From NCBI RefSeq assembly GCF_000148385.1, contig NC_014537.1:2160001-2192000 (forward strand): a DNA stretch of 32,000 bases. The letters are read 5' to 3'. Both the position numbers and the translations under genes were made by a program. Positions 7,690 to 16,321 of the stretch are shown here, one piece after another; positions within the stretch are counted from its first letter, which is position 1, and each line of letters begins with the position of its first letter. Origin of the DNA: Vulcanisaeta distributa DSM 14429 (GTDB taxonomy: Archaea > Thermoproteota > Thermoprotei > Thermoproteales > Thermocladiaceae). The notes beneath the pieces were generated by a model. It was given only the letters and a program-made list of their open reading frames with translations. It did not search any database and had not been told where the DNA came from.

Positions 7690-8859
7690 ATGGCTAAGGC
7701 CGCCACGGTTACCTATAGCCGCGGCAGGTTGATAGGCAGTGGCATTTTAACGGCAATTGATGTTGGGTTGACCTGGGCCATAGTCTACTACTTCGCCTTA
7801 TTACCATTACCCAGCGAGTACGCGGATTTCATGCGTTACATGAGTTCGATAGGGTGGAACCTGGGCGTCGCCATATTTAACCCAATCGCGTGGGTACTAT
7901 TCCTTGGAGTTGCCTTTGACATCCTCATAATATTAATTGCCTTATACGGTTCCTACTGGGTCCTTGGGCACTTCGCGGCCTTCGCTAGATACGCAGGTGA
8001 GTGGGTTAGACTAAAGAGAGCTGGTTCACCGATGATACAGAGGTGGAACGTGTGGCAGAGGGCTCAGCATATTTTAATGTTTGTGACCTTCGTCATTTGC
8101 GCCTTCACGGGCTTCGTGGCTATGCTAGACACTAACCCAATATGGCGCCAGGTCTACATAAACGGCCTAGTCAGCTTCAGTGGGCCACCGCCCTACTTCC
8201 TATGGCCGTCCTTCACAAGCCCATACCCACTGATAATATTGATACACATAATCTCAGGCATAATAATGGGCTTCCTAGTCCTGGCGCACTTCGGATATTA
8301 TGGCGCTAGGATAATAGTCGACAAAATCAGGGGATACAGCATATTGGAGAAGTGGCCCCTGCTCAGGATATACACGTGGGACTTCGTAACATACATATGG
8401 CATAGGACTATTTGGTTAGTTAACCCGAGACACCCATTACCACCATGGACCCACAAGTACGACCCAGAGGAGCTCTTTGAGTACTGGGGCGTTTATTGGG
8501 GTATTGCCGTCCTGGGCATACCAGGTATCATAATGGCAGTCTGGGGTCCATCGGCGGGCGCAGGCGTAGCCTACGTAATGCATACCAAGGAGGCCATCTT
8601 AGCCGTGACGTTCCTACTACTGGTCCACCTAACATACACACACTTTAACCCGAAGATATTCCCATATAGGGAGGTATTCCACAGCGGTAAGATACCGCTG
8701 GATATTGTTAAGGAGGAGCACCCAGCATGGTATGAGGACTTAGTGAGGAGTGGCGTTGTTAAGGTTACGAGGGTTGAGAAGTATACCCGATATGAATTAC
8801 CATTATTATGGTCTAAGCCGGATGTCGTAGAGGAACATGTTGAAGTAAAATCAAAATAA
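7690..8859 (+). CDS. Putative b-type cytochrome / membrane anchor subunit of the hydrogenase
   Basis: Polytopic membrane protein with about 7 hydrophobic helices. His patterns are typical of di-haem cytochrome b anchors: QRAQH at a helix start, H-x13-H (IHIISGIIMGFLVLAH) and HLTYTH. An SD-like ggggtggtg lies 3-11 nt upstream and the gene starts 12 nt after the small-subunit stop, so co-transcription is likely. Confidence 0.6.
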   Translation: MAKAATVTYSRGRLIGSGILTAIDVGLTWAIVYYFALLPLPSEYADFMRYMSSIGWNLGVAIFNPIAWVLFLGVAFDILIILIALYGSYWVLGHFAAFARYAGEWVRLKRAGSPMIQRWNVWQRAQHILMFVTFVICAFTGFVAMLDTNPIWRQVYINGLVSFSGPPPYFLWPSFTSPYPLIILIHIISGIIMGFLVLAHFGYYGARIIVDKIRGYSILEKWPLLRIYTWDFVTYIWHRTIWLVNPRHPLPPWTHKYDPEELFEYWGVYWGIAVLGIPGIIMAVWGPSAGAGVAYVMHTKEAILAVTFLLLVHLTYTHFNPKIFPYREVFHSGKIPLDIVKEEHPAWYEDLVRSGVVKVTRVEKYTRYELPLLWSKPDVVEEHVEVKSK

Positions 8860-9080
8860 AACAAAAATAAAGCAGCGAGTATTCTTAAGAGTTAATATAA
8901 TATCAAAAGTTTTTAATATTATATATTTTAAAATGCTTTAGAATGTTAAATAAAATTACATAATTCACTAAATTACTCTAGTCCATTGAGATATTGTTGC
9001 TTTATTTATCAATTATTTATCACAATAATTATATATATTCTCTTATTAATATATAGATTTCAGAAAGATTTATAAACTAA

Positions 9081-9407
9081 ATGCGAGTAAATATTATTGG
9101 TGAGAACATGAATAATGTGAAACGTAGGAATTATTGCACTATTATTGATGATTTAGGCATTGTTGCCACTTTCGTGGGTGCTTTATTCATCTATTTCGTA
9201 ATATTAATGGCCCTTGCACTACCCATTATGGGGCTTGCCTTTGTTCATGGTGGGCCTGTGGCAGGTATTATAGTGTCTGCGATTATTGTTATCATTCCAA
9301 CGTATTTCTTTGTAAAGGATTTAGTAAGGCATATTAGGAGAAGTTCCTTTACAATTAGGAATTACGTAGAAAGTATATTCCATGTTAGAGGTTCGTGTCC
9401 TAGGTAA
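9081..9407 (+). CDS. Hypothetical small membrane protein (two predicted TM helices)
   Basis: 108-aa ORF in an AT-rich region with two long hydrophobic stretches (IVATFVGALFIYFVILMALALPIMGLAFV and VAGIIVSAIIVIIPTYFFV). A TATA-like tract lies about 26-30 nt upstream and a T6 run follows the stop. Confidence 0.4.
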   Translation: MRVNIIGENMNNVKRRNYCTIIDDLGIVATFVGALFIYFVILMALALPIMGLAFVHGGPVAGIIVSAIIVIIPTYFFVKDLVRHIRRSSFTIRNYVESIFHVRGSCPR

Positions 9408-9415
9408 TGTAGGTA

Positions 9416-9421
9416 TTTTTT
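9416..9421 (+). terminator. Oligo-T tract, candidate archaeal terminator after the 108-aa ORF
   Basis: A T6 run (tattttttac) begins 9 nt after the stop codon at 9405-9407. Archaeal RNA polymerase terminates at oligo-T tracts. Confidence 0.35.
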
Positions 9422-9521
9422 ACGGCATTATTCTCAAAATTATCTCTTTTTCCTTTTCTCTCGCTCATTCCAATTAACTGATAATAATTAATTAAATTTT
9501 TATAATTCACATTGATTCTGC

Positions 9522-10808
9522 ATGTCTATATCCACGTCATGCATGGGAAATTCTCCAGCGTGCTTTCCGTCGCCCAGTATTGATTGTTGGAAGTGCCCTG
9601 TGATAACTAGTAGAATTAGGGTTGCTGAGGAGATATTTAGGCGTAATCTCGAGGTCACGAGAAGGTTAAGGGATTATATAATGAAATTCAGTGATTATTT
9701 AAGTAGGAATTACGGTAAGGACTACGTATTTAAGATAATGGATTTCTGCGGAACTCATGAATGGACCATAGTACATTTCGGCATTAGGTCCCTGGTTCCT
9801 AAAAACATAGAGCTTGTGGCAGGGCCTGGGTGTCCCGTTTGCGTTACGCCATCGTATTACATAGAGCAGGCAATTAGGTTGGCACTAGATGGCGTGGTTA
9901 TCTACACGTATGGCGATACGTTTAGGCTACCCGCCATAACCCCCGTTAAGGGCGCCAAGAGCCTTGCCGAGGCTAAGGCCATGGGCGCTGATGTCAGGAT
10001 AACACATAGTCTAGTCCATGCTATAATCGACGCTAAGAGGCATGGTAAAGACTCGTTGTTTTTGGGTATTGGATTTGAGACTGTGGCTCCAGGCTACGCG
10101 GAGGCATTAATTAAGAGGTTACCGCCGCCGAACCTTAAAATCCTAAGCCTGGTCAAGTTAACGCCGCCAGCCGCCTTCTACTCACTTGATATACTCAGGG
10201 AGAAGCCCACGGACTACCCCGTGATGGGGGTCATAGCGCCGGGCCACGTGTCAACAATAATCGGCGGTAAGGCCTGGACACCAATAGCCGAGAACTACGG
10301 CATACCAGTGGTTGTGGCTGGTTTCGAACCTAACGACGTATTAATGGCGATTGCGGAAATACTTAGGCAGTTAGTTAGGGATGAGGTTAAAGTGGTTATT
10401 GAATATACAAGGGCCGTTAGGTGGGAGGGCGATGTGAAGGCCCAGTCAGCGATTAGGACTGTTTTTGAGACAGTGGACTCACCATGGAGGGGCATAGGTT
10501 ACATACCGAAGAGTGGCTTGGCGCTTAGGGATGACTACCGTGAATACAACGGCTTCGAGTACTTCGGTATTAAGGACCTAACCCCGGAGACCTGGCGCTA
10601 CGACCTACCACCCGGCTGCAAATGCGCGGAGGTGACCCTGGGCAAGGCTAAGCCTACGGACTGCCCATTATTCATGAAGCAATGCACTCCAGACCACCCA
10701 GTTGGCCCGTGCATGGTGAGTATGGAGGGCGCCTGCGCTGTATGGGCCAGGTTTGGTGGCGGTGGACTGGCGCTCGATATAGCCAAAGACCTTGGGCTGA
10801 TGGGGTGA
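9522..10808 (+). CDS. hypD: Hydrogenase maturation protein HypD
   Basis: Motifs FCGTHEW, GPGCPVCVTP, GFETVAP and PGHVSTIIG, plus a C-terminal Fe-S cysteine series (C-x12-C-x6-C-x8-C-x7-C). The start is uncertain. ATG 9522 follows an AT-rich TATA-like tract (9481-9506). An in-frame GTG at 9600 would give a more typical N-terminus. Confidence 0.92.
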   Translation: MSISTSCMGNSPACFPSPSIDCWKCPVITSRIRVAEEIFRRNLEVTRRLRDYIMKFSDYLSRNYGKDYVFKIMDFCGTHEWTIVHFGIRSLVPKNIELVAGPGCPVCVTPSYYIEQAIRLALDGVVIYTYGDTFRLPAITPVKGAKSLAEAKAMGADVRITHSLVHAIIDAKRHGKDSLFLGIGFETVAPGYAEALIKRLPPPNLKILSLVKLTPPAAFYSLDILREKPTDYPVMGVIAPGHVSTIIGGKAWTPIAENYGIPVVVAGFEPNDVLMAIAEILRQLVRDEVKVVIEYTRAVRWEGDVKAQSAIRTVFETVDSPWRGIGYIPKSGLALRDDYREYNGFEYFGIKDLTPETWRYDLPPGCKCAEVTLGKAKPTDCPLFMKQCTPDHPVGPCMVSMEGACAVWARFGGGGLALDIAKDLGLMG

Positions 10809-10813
10809 GTGGC

Positions 10814-11167
10814 ATGTGCTGGGCCGTGCCTGCCGTGGTCCTCGAGATAGATGAGAGGAATTCCCTGGCCTACGTGGACATTGGCGATGGCGTGCCGAGG
10901 CCCGTCGTCATAGGCATAAGTAACGAGAGAATCAATAAGGGTGACTTGGTCATGGTCCACGCAGGCGTCATAATAACCAAGCTGGACATGGATGCGATTA
11001 ACCAATTCATTGAGGAGAAGAAGGAGCTGGCGAGGGAATTAGCCATAATGGCTGGTGACGACCCGGAGATTGCGGTTAGGCAGGTTGAGGAGGAGTTCAG
11101 GAGGATATTTGAGACCATGAGGAAGGCTAAAGAGGGCTCGAAGGAGGTCGTCCGTGAAATATGGTGA
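10814..11167 (+). CDS. hypC: Hydrogenase maturation chaperone HypC (HupF/HypC family)
   Basis: The ORF track extends the frame to 10682, but the internal ATG at 10814 gives MCWAVPAVVLEI. This is the obligatory N-terminal Met-Cys of HypC (canonical MCLAIPG). An SD-like ggggtgag lies just upstream, and the start is 6 nt after the hypD stop. At 117 aa it has a charged C-terminal extension of about 35 aa relative to typical HypC. Confidence 0.85.
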   Translation: MCWAVPAVVLEIDERNSLAYVDIGDGVPRPVVIGISNERINKGDLVMVHAGVIITKLDMDAINQFIEEKKELARELAIMAGDDPEIAVRQVEEEFRRIFETMRKAKEGSKEVVREIW

Positions 11168-13467
11168 CAGCCCGAAAAATACATTTCATAGGGATTGTAC
11201 AGGGGGTAGGCTTTAGGCCCTACGTTAAGGTACTCGCCGATAAGTATGGGATTAAGGGCTACGTTAGAAACATGGGTGGTGGCGAAGTTGAGGTTTTTAT
11301 CGAGGGTGATGATGGCGCGGTTAATGAATTCATACATGAGTTCATGAATAATAGGCCAAGGGCAATATACATTGAGGAGTACTCAATAACTGAGGATGTG
11401 CCCAGGGGGTTTAGTGAGTTTAAGATTTTAGAAAGCTCTAATAACGTTGAGGCGATATCAATAATACCACCCGACCTGGCAATATGCGATGAGTGTCTCA
11501 GGGAAGTCCTTGACCCAGGCAACCCAAGGAGGTATAGGTACCCCTTCAACTCATGTAGTTACTGTGGGCCCAGGTTCGCGGTGATTGACTCGTTACCCTA
11601 CGATAGGCATAACACGAGCTGGGCATCGTTTAAGCCCTGCCCATACTGCCAACGTGAGTATGATAATCCAGTGATTAGTGGATTGCGTAGATACTATTAT
11701 CAAGGCGTATCCTGCGGCTCATGCGGCCCTAGACTGAGGTTATTGACTAGCGATGGTGAGGTAATCGAGACGAGGGACCCAATTAAATACGTGGTTAAAC
11801 TAATCGAGGAGGGCAGCATAGTGGCTATTAAGGGTGTCGGTGGCTACCACATATCGGCGTTGGCGACTAACGACGACGTGGTCCTCAGGCTTAGGGAGAA
11901 GAAGAGGAGACCAACACAGCCCTTCGCGGTGATGGCTCTCGACATTTACGTGGCCAGCAAATTAGTGCTTATAAATGACAGGGCTAGGGATGTATTGACA
12001 TCGCCGCAGAGACCCATCGTACTTCTCCCCAAACTCCCCGACAGCCCAGTCTCTAAGTATGTATCCCCGGGTCTCGATAAGGAGGGCGTATTCCTACCAT
12101 ACACCGCACTTCATTACTTAATCCTCATGGACACCAGGGACAAGTTCCTGGTGATGACCAGCGGGAACATTCATGACCAGCCCATGTGCACGGACATAAA
12201 CTGCGCCCTTAGGAAATTAGGTAAGGTTGTGGATTACGTGCTTGACCACGACCTACGCATAGCGCATAGGGTTGATGACTCCGTGGTGAGGTTCACCGAT
12301 GGTGAATTAGTGATCATCAGGAGGTCCAGGGGCTACGCACCCATGTGGATTAAACTACCCACTAAACTGCGTAGGCCGGTGATAGCCTTCGGCGCAGACC
12401 TTCAAATGGCCGGCGCGGTGGCTATTAATGATAAGGTGATCCTGACGCAGTACATAGGTGATTTAGACTATGTGGAGACCCTGGACGACCTTGATAAGGA
12501 GCTTAGGTGGTTTAGTAGGACTTACAGGATTAAGGACCCCGTGCTTGTATGCGATGCCAACCCAGCGTATAGGTCCACGTGGTTATGCCATAGGTGGGCT
12601 GAGGAACTTAATGCGGAGGTGGTGAGTGTTTATCACCATCATGCGCATGCATTATCAGTTGCGGCTGATTGGAATGAGACCGATCAATTCGTTGCGGTGA
12701 CGATTGATGGGGTTGGTTATGGAGTTGATGGCATGGCGTGGGGCGGTGAGGTGCTCGTGGTAGATGGCGCAAGCTTCAACAGATATGGGCATCTGATGTA
12801 CGTGCCGATGCCAGGTGGAGATTTGGCTTCGTTATACCCGGTCAGGATGGTGATTTCTTACATGTCGAGGTTCATGGGCGATGAAGATGTGATCAATTAC
12901 CTAAGGAGACTCAACCTACTCAGGGGTTTACCGAATGGCGAAATTGAGGCCAGGGTAGTGCTTAGGCAATTGGGCAGTTCAATAATGACCTCAGGCGTTG
13001 GTAGGTTCCTGGACGCGGTATCGGTGTTGCTGGGCCTATCCTTACGTAGAACCTATGAGGGTGAGCCAGCAATAACCCTAGAGGCGGCCGCCCGCGGTGG
13101 CTCATTAATAAATGGGTTTAAGGTAAGTATAAGTCGCGCCAACAAGTCATTGGTAATCGACACGGTTTCCCTCTTTGAGCAAGCAATGGAGGCCATGCTT
13201 AGCGGAGCTAAGGTAAGTGATATAGCTTATACAACGCAATACCTGTTAGGGAGGGCCTTCGGGGAGGTCGCATGTGATGCGGTTAGGGAGGTGGGCAATA
13301 GGAACGTGTATGTAGGCGGTGGTGCCGCGGTGAATGATTACGTGATAGGCGGATTACGTGAGGAATTACGAAGATGCAACGCTGATATAAAGCTCCCCAG
13401 GAGGGTACCACCGGGTGATGGTGGCATCGCCCTTGGGCAGGCATATTACTTATCGCATTTTCTATAG
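11161..13467 (+). CDS. hypF: Carbamoyltransferase HypF
   Basis: 768 aa. It has an N-terminal acylphosphatase-like domain (GIVQGVGFRPYV) and two zinc-finger pairs (CDEC...CSYCGPRF and CPYC...CGSCGPRL). A YrdC-like segment (IKGVGGYH) and a Kae1/HypF C-terminal domain follow. The start overlaps the hypC stop by 7 nt. Confidence 0.95.
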   Translation: MVTARKIHFIGIVQGVGFRPYVKVLADKYGIKGYVRNMGGGEVEVFIEGDDGAVNEFIHEFMNNRPRAIYIEEYSITEDVPRGFSEFKILESSNNVEAISIIPPDLAICDECLREVLDPGNPRRYRYPFNSCSYCGPRFAVIDSLPYDRHNTSWASFKPCPYCQREYDNPVISGLRRYYYQGVSCGSCGPRLRLLTSDGEVIETRDPIKYVVKLIEEGSIVAIKGVGGYHISALATNDDVVLRLREKKRRPTQPFAVMALDIYVASKLVLINDRARDVLTSPQRPIVLLPKLPDSPVSKYVSPGLDKEGVFLPYTALHYLILMDTRDKFLVMTSGNIHDQPMCTDINCALRKLGKVVDYVLDHDLRIAHRVDDSVVRFTDGELVIIRRSRGYAPMWIKLPTKLRRPVIAFGADLQMAGAVAINDKVILTQYIGDLDYVETLDDLDKELRWFSRTYRIKDPVLVCDANPAYRSTWLCHRWAEELNAEVVSVYHHHAHALSVAADWNETDQFVAVTIDGVGYGVDGMAWGGEVLVVDGASFNRYGHLMYVPMPGGDLASLYPVRMVISYMSRFMGDEDVINYLRRLNLLRGLPNGEIEARVVLRQLGSSIMTSGVGRFLDAVSVLLGLSLRRTYEGEPAITLEAAARGGSLINGFKVSISRANKSLVIDTVSLFEQAMEAMLSGAKVSDIAYTTQYLLGRAFGEVACDAVREVGNRNVYVGGGAAVNDYVIGGLREELRRCNADIKLPRRVPPGDGGIALGQAYYLSHFL

Positions 13468-13510
13468 TCAGGAATCAAGATTTATTAAGCATAAGTGCCA
13501 ATACCCCATA

Positions 13511-14563
13511 ATGTCTGAATCACGTATAAGGCTTGCACATGGATCTGGCGGTGTCGAGACATTGGAACTCCTTGAAAGGCTTATTTTCAGTAAGGTTGAT
13601 GATGCGCTTAAAAAGGTGGGTAATGGCGTTGGTATTGATTATCCCGACGACGCGGCGGCGATACCCTTACTAAGTGGTGAGTACTTAATTGTTACGGTGG
13701 ACGCCTACACCGTGAACCCACCATTCTTCCCAGGCGGGAACATAGGCGTTTTGGCGGCATCCGGCTCAATAAATGACGTATTGATGATGGGTGGGAGGCC
13801 CATAGCAATGCTGGACTCAATAGTTGTTGAGGAGGGCTTCCCCATGAATGACCTTGAAACAATAATTAATTCCTTCATTGAAACGTTAAGGAGTGAAAGT
13901 GTCGCATTGATTGGTGGGGACTTTAAGGTAATGCCTAAGGGACAGATTGATAGGATAGTAATTACCACGGTGGGTATTGGGTTAGCTAAGAGACTAATTA
14001 TTGATAAACCACGGCCTGGGGATAAGATCATAGTTAGCGATTACGTGGGTGACCACGGCGCCGTCATACTACTCTACCAATTAGGCGGTGATATCAGTAG
14101 GGAATTGATTGAGAAGTCCAGGTTACGTAGTGATGTTAAGCCCTTAACAAGGCTCATGATCCCATTAATTGATAAGTACGGTGAGTACATACACGCGGCA
14201 AGGGACCCCACAAGGGGTGGCCTAGCCATGGCCCTGAATGATTGGGCCAGGTCCACGGGCACGGTAATCGTGGTCAATGAGGAGGACATACCAATCAGAC
14301 CTGAAGTGTCCTCATACGCTGGGATGCTCGGTATAGACCCACTCTACCTAGCCAGTGAGGGCGTTGCGGTGCTAGCCGTGGATCCCGACGTCGCTGAGGA
14401 CGTCGTAAATTACATCCGTGGTTTAGGTTTTGAAAACGCGAGAATAATTGGTGAGGTCAGGGAAAGCGAGAAGTATAGGGGCTACGTATTGCAGAAGACC
14501 GTGATTGGAGGCTTCAGGATACTAGAGCCACCAAGAGGTGACCTGGTGCCGAGGATTTGTTGA
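13511..14563 (+). CDS. hypE: Hydrogenase maturation protein HypE (thiocyanate-forming)
   Basis: The start is set at ATG 13511 (MSESRIRLAHGSGG, the HypE N-terminal motif) rather than the ORF-track 13415. TATA-like tttattaa (13481-13488) is centred about 26 nt upstream. It has a PurM-like body and the canonical C-terminal PRIC motif. Confidence 0.92.
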   Translation: MSESRIRLAHGSGGVETLELLERLIFSKVDDALKKVGNGVGIDYPDDAAAIPLLSGEYLIVTVDAYTVNPPFFPGGNIGVLAASGSINDVLMMGGRPIAMLDSIVVEEGFPMNDLETIINSFIETLRSESVALIGGDFKVMPKGQIDRIVITTVGIGLAKRLIIDKPRPGDKIIVSDYVGDHGAVILLYQLGGDISRELIEKSRLRSDVKPLTRLMIPLIDKYGEYIHAARDPTRGGLAMALNDWARSTGTVIVVNEEDIPIRPEVSSYAGMLGIDPLYLASEGVAVLAVDPDVAEDVVNYIRGLGFENARIIGEVRESEKYRGYVLQKTVIGGFRILEPPRGDLVPRIC

Positions 14564-14573
14564 GGGGTCGTGC

Positions 14574-15173
14574 ATGGGCCTGAAGCTGATATACCACAAC
14601 GTGGAGTTGAGAACTACGGATTTAGCAGGTGTCATTATTAGGCATGGCGACAAAGCCCTATGCATAGACCTAGTAAGCAGTGGTGACTGTGATTATAAGT
14701 TCTACACGCATAACCACCAGGGCCATGTACCGGCCACAATTAACGGCACTTATTACTCACCCTTTGGAGGCGCAGTCATTAAACCTGGGGATGAGGTGGT
14801 GGTTGGCGATTTTAAGGTTAGGGTTGTCAATGCATACAATATAACTAAGTTGGTGAATGGCGCACCAGCACACCCGAAGGGCCTTGGTGTGGGCTATATA
14901 GTGAGTGTTAACGACGTCGTAATATACCACATGGGCGATACCGATCTTATTGAAGAGTTATCCCAGCTTCGAAACGCCAAGATAGATATTCTACTAATAC
15001 CAATTGGCGGCGCCACAGTAATGACGCCTGAGGAGGCCGCTGATGCGGTGATGTTATTAAGGCCTAAAATGGCCGTTCCAATACATTTTACTGACAGGAG
15101 GCAATTCGTGAAATTTAGAGACATTGCGCAGCCCTACACTCAGGTAATACTAATGAGGGGATCTATGCCGTAA
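14574..15173 (+). CDS. Metallo-beta-lactamase-fold hydrolase (UPF0173 / Lactamase_B_3-like)
   Basis: The start is set at ATG 14574, which has an SD-like gagggg 8 nt upstream and lies 10 nt after the hypE stop. Motifs are THNHQGH (a variant of HxHxDH), YHMGDTD, LLIPIGGATVMTPEEAADA and PIHF. Confidence 0.72.
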   Translation: MGLKLIYHNVELRTTDLAGVIIRHGDKALCIDLVSSGDCDYKFYTHNHQGHVPATINGTYYSPFGGAVIKPGDEVVVGDFKVRVVNAYNITKLVNGAPAHPKGLGVGYIVSVNDVVIYHMGDTDLIEELSQLRNAKIDILLIPIGGATVMTPEEAADAVMLLRPKMAVPIHFTDRRQFVKFRDIAQPYTQVILMRGSMP

Positions 15174-15193
15174 AGTCAAAGTCAAAAATTACT

Positions 15194-15207
15194 AAAAATT
15201 AATTTTT
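15194..15207. terminator. Palindromic A5-TTAA-T5 element between convergent genes (candidate bidirectional terminator)
   Basis: aaaaattaattttt is a perfect 14-nt palindrome that gives a T5 run on both strands. It sits between the MBL gene stop (15173) and the nickel permease stop (15206-15208). Confidence 0.4.
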
Positions 15208-16321
15208 AAGACGTGCCCATACCCAGCCTGCTTATTTTCAATCTATATATTACGTATGATATTATCCACGTTACTGCGAATGTGAATACTATTATTACCC
15301 CTACGTACTCCCACCAAGTCTCCCCATTTACCAGCGCTATCCAGTCCCAGAATGGCCCACCTAGGTTGAACTCGGACTGAACTAGGCCGAGTAGTTCCAG
15401 TGTGCCCACTATCCACGCGACCATTATTGATATTAGGGTCATTGTCAGGTTGTACCACAGCTTCCTGAGACTATCCCTAAAGGCCCAGTTGTAGGCGTAG
15501 TTCATGAAGAATCCGTCGGTCGTGTCGGTAAGGACCATGCCGACGGTGAATAGCACTGGGAATACGAGTAGGTACCAGAGGGGTATGTTCGTGAAGACCC
15601 CGGCCACTGCGGCTGATATCGCCAGTGTCGCCACCTCAGTAGCTGTGTCGAAGCCAAGCCCGAATAGGAAGCCTATTGGGTACATGTAATAGTCCTCATC
15701 AACTATTTTAAACAAACCCCTGAAGAACTTATTCATGAACCCCCTCCTCATTAGTGCATCCTCAAGCCTAGCCTCATCAAGCCTACCGCGCCTAAACTCC
15801 CTATATATGTCGTAGATCTCCAGCAGTACTAGGAAGTTTAGGAAGCCGATTATGTACAGGAAGCCACCACTTATTAAGGTGCCGATTATTGAGCCGACAT
15901 TCTCAATATTAGCCAGGCTCTTGACAATATACCTGGTGGCGATCATCAATGCCACGGCCATTAGGATAACCACGGTTGAGTGGCCGAGGCTAAAGAACGT
16001 CCCAGTAAACAGCGACCTCTTACGCTCCTGGACAAGCTTCCTGGTGGAGTTATCGATGGCGGCTAGGTGGTCGGCATCCAGGCCATGCCTAAGCCCGAAT
16101 AGGTAAGCCAAAACCCCCAGAATGGATAACGTCACTGCACCACGGATGTGGGCTACGTCCCCAAGCCACGATGTTGCGGAACTGCTGAACGCGGCATTGT
16201 GGGCGAGCGTGACTAGTTCATAGAACCAGAACCAGGCAAGCCCTGTGGCCGTCAATATGGCGGTGTATGTGAGGCCCATGATTAAGGCAGTTTTCCTCCC
16301 TATGACTAATTGCTCACTCAT
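15206..16321 (-). CDS. hoxN: High-affinity nickel/cobalt permease, NiCoT (HoxN/HupN/NixA) family
   Basis: Signature motifs RHGLDADHLAAIDN (canonical HxxDADHxAAIDN), FSLGHSTVV and GLGFDTATEV. It is a polytopic membrane protein. TATA-like cttttaagtat (16344-16354) lies about 28 nt upstream. Confidence 0.9.
   Translation of the reverse strand: MSEQLVIGRKTALIMGLTYTAILTATGLAWFWFYELVTLAHNAAFSSSATSWLGDVAHIRGAVTLSILGVLAYLFGLRHGLDADHLAAIDNSTRKLVQERKRSLFTGTFFSLGHSTVVILMAVALMIATRYIVKSLANIENVGSIIGTLISGGFLYIIGFLNFLVLLEIYDIYREFRRGRLDEARLEDALMRRGFMNKFFRGLFKIVDEDYYMYPIGFLFGLGFDTATEVATLAISAAVAGVFTNIPLWYLLVFPVLFTVGMVLTDTTDGFFMNYAYNWAFRDSLRKLWYNLTMTLISIMVAWIVGTLELLGLVQSEFNLGGPFWDWIALVNGETWWEYVGVIIVFTFAVTWIISYVIYRLKISRLGMGTS

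Noticed and set aside
8892-8924. A 9-bp inverted repeat (ATATAATAT ... ATATTATAT) separated by 12 nt downstream of the cytochrome b gene.
   Set aside because: It consists purely of A and T within a very AT-rich region, so it is expected by chance and would form no stable structure at high temperature.
10682-10813. N-terminal extensions proposed by the ORF track for hypC (10682), hypE (13415), the MBL gene (14538), the ACS-like gene (20172) and the dehydrogenase (22439).
   Set aside because: The extensions overlap upstream genes or promoters and lack family similarity. The internal starts give canonical N-termini (MCWAVP, MSESRIRLAHGSGG, MRAVVF) with appropriate TATA or SD-like signals.
10598-11549. 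Minus-strand ORFs of 135, 155 and 96 aa opposite hypD, hypC and hypF.
   Set aside because: They are shadow frames opposite a tightly coupled hypD-C-F operon, and I recognised no motif in them. The other antisense ORFs in the track were rejected on the same logic: 4749-5096, 5883-6125, 6321-6641, 6772-6993, 8571-8864, 13705-14289, 14894-15124, 15243-16106, 17411-17596, 17711-18013, 19373-19633, 20117-20299, 20998-21243, 21605-22412, 23330-23839, 24656-24943, 26117-26302, 26561-26830, 27694-28518, 29704-29934 and 30268-31144.
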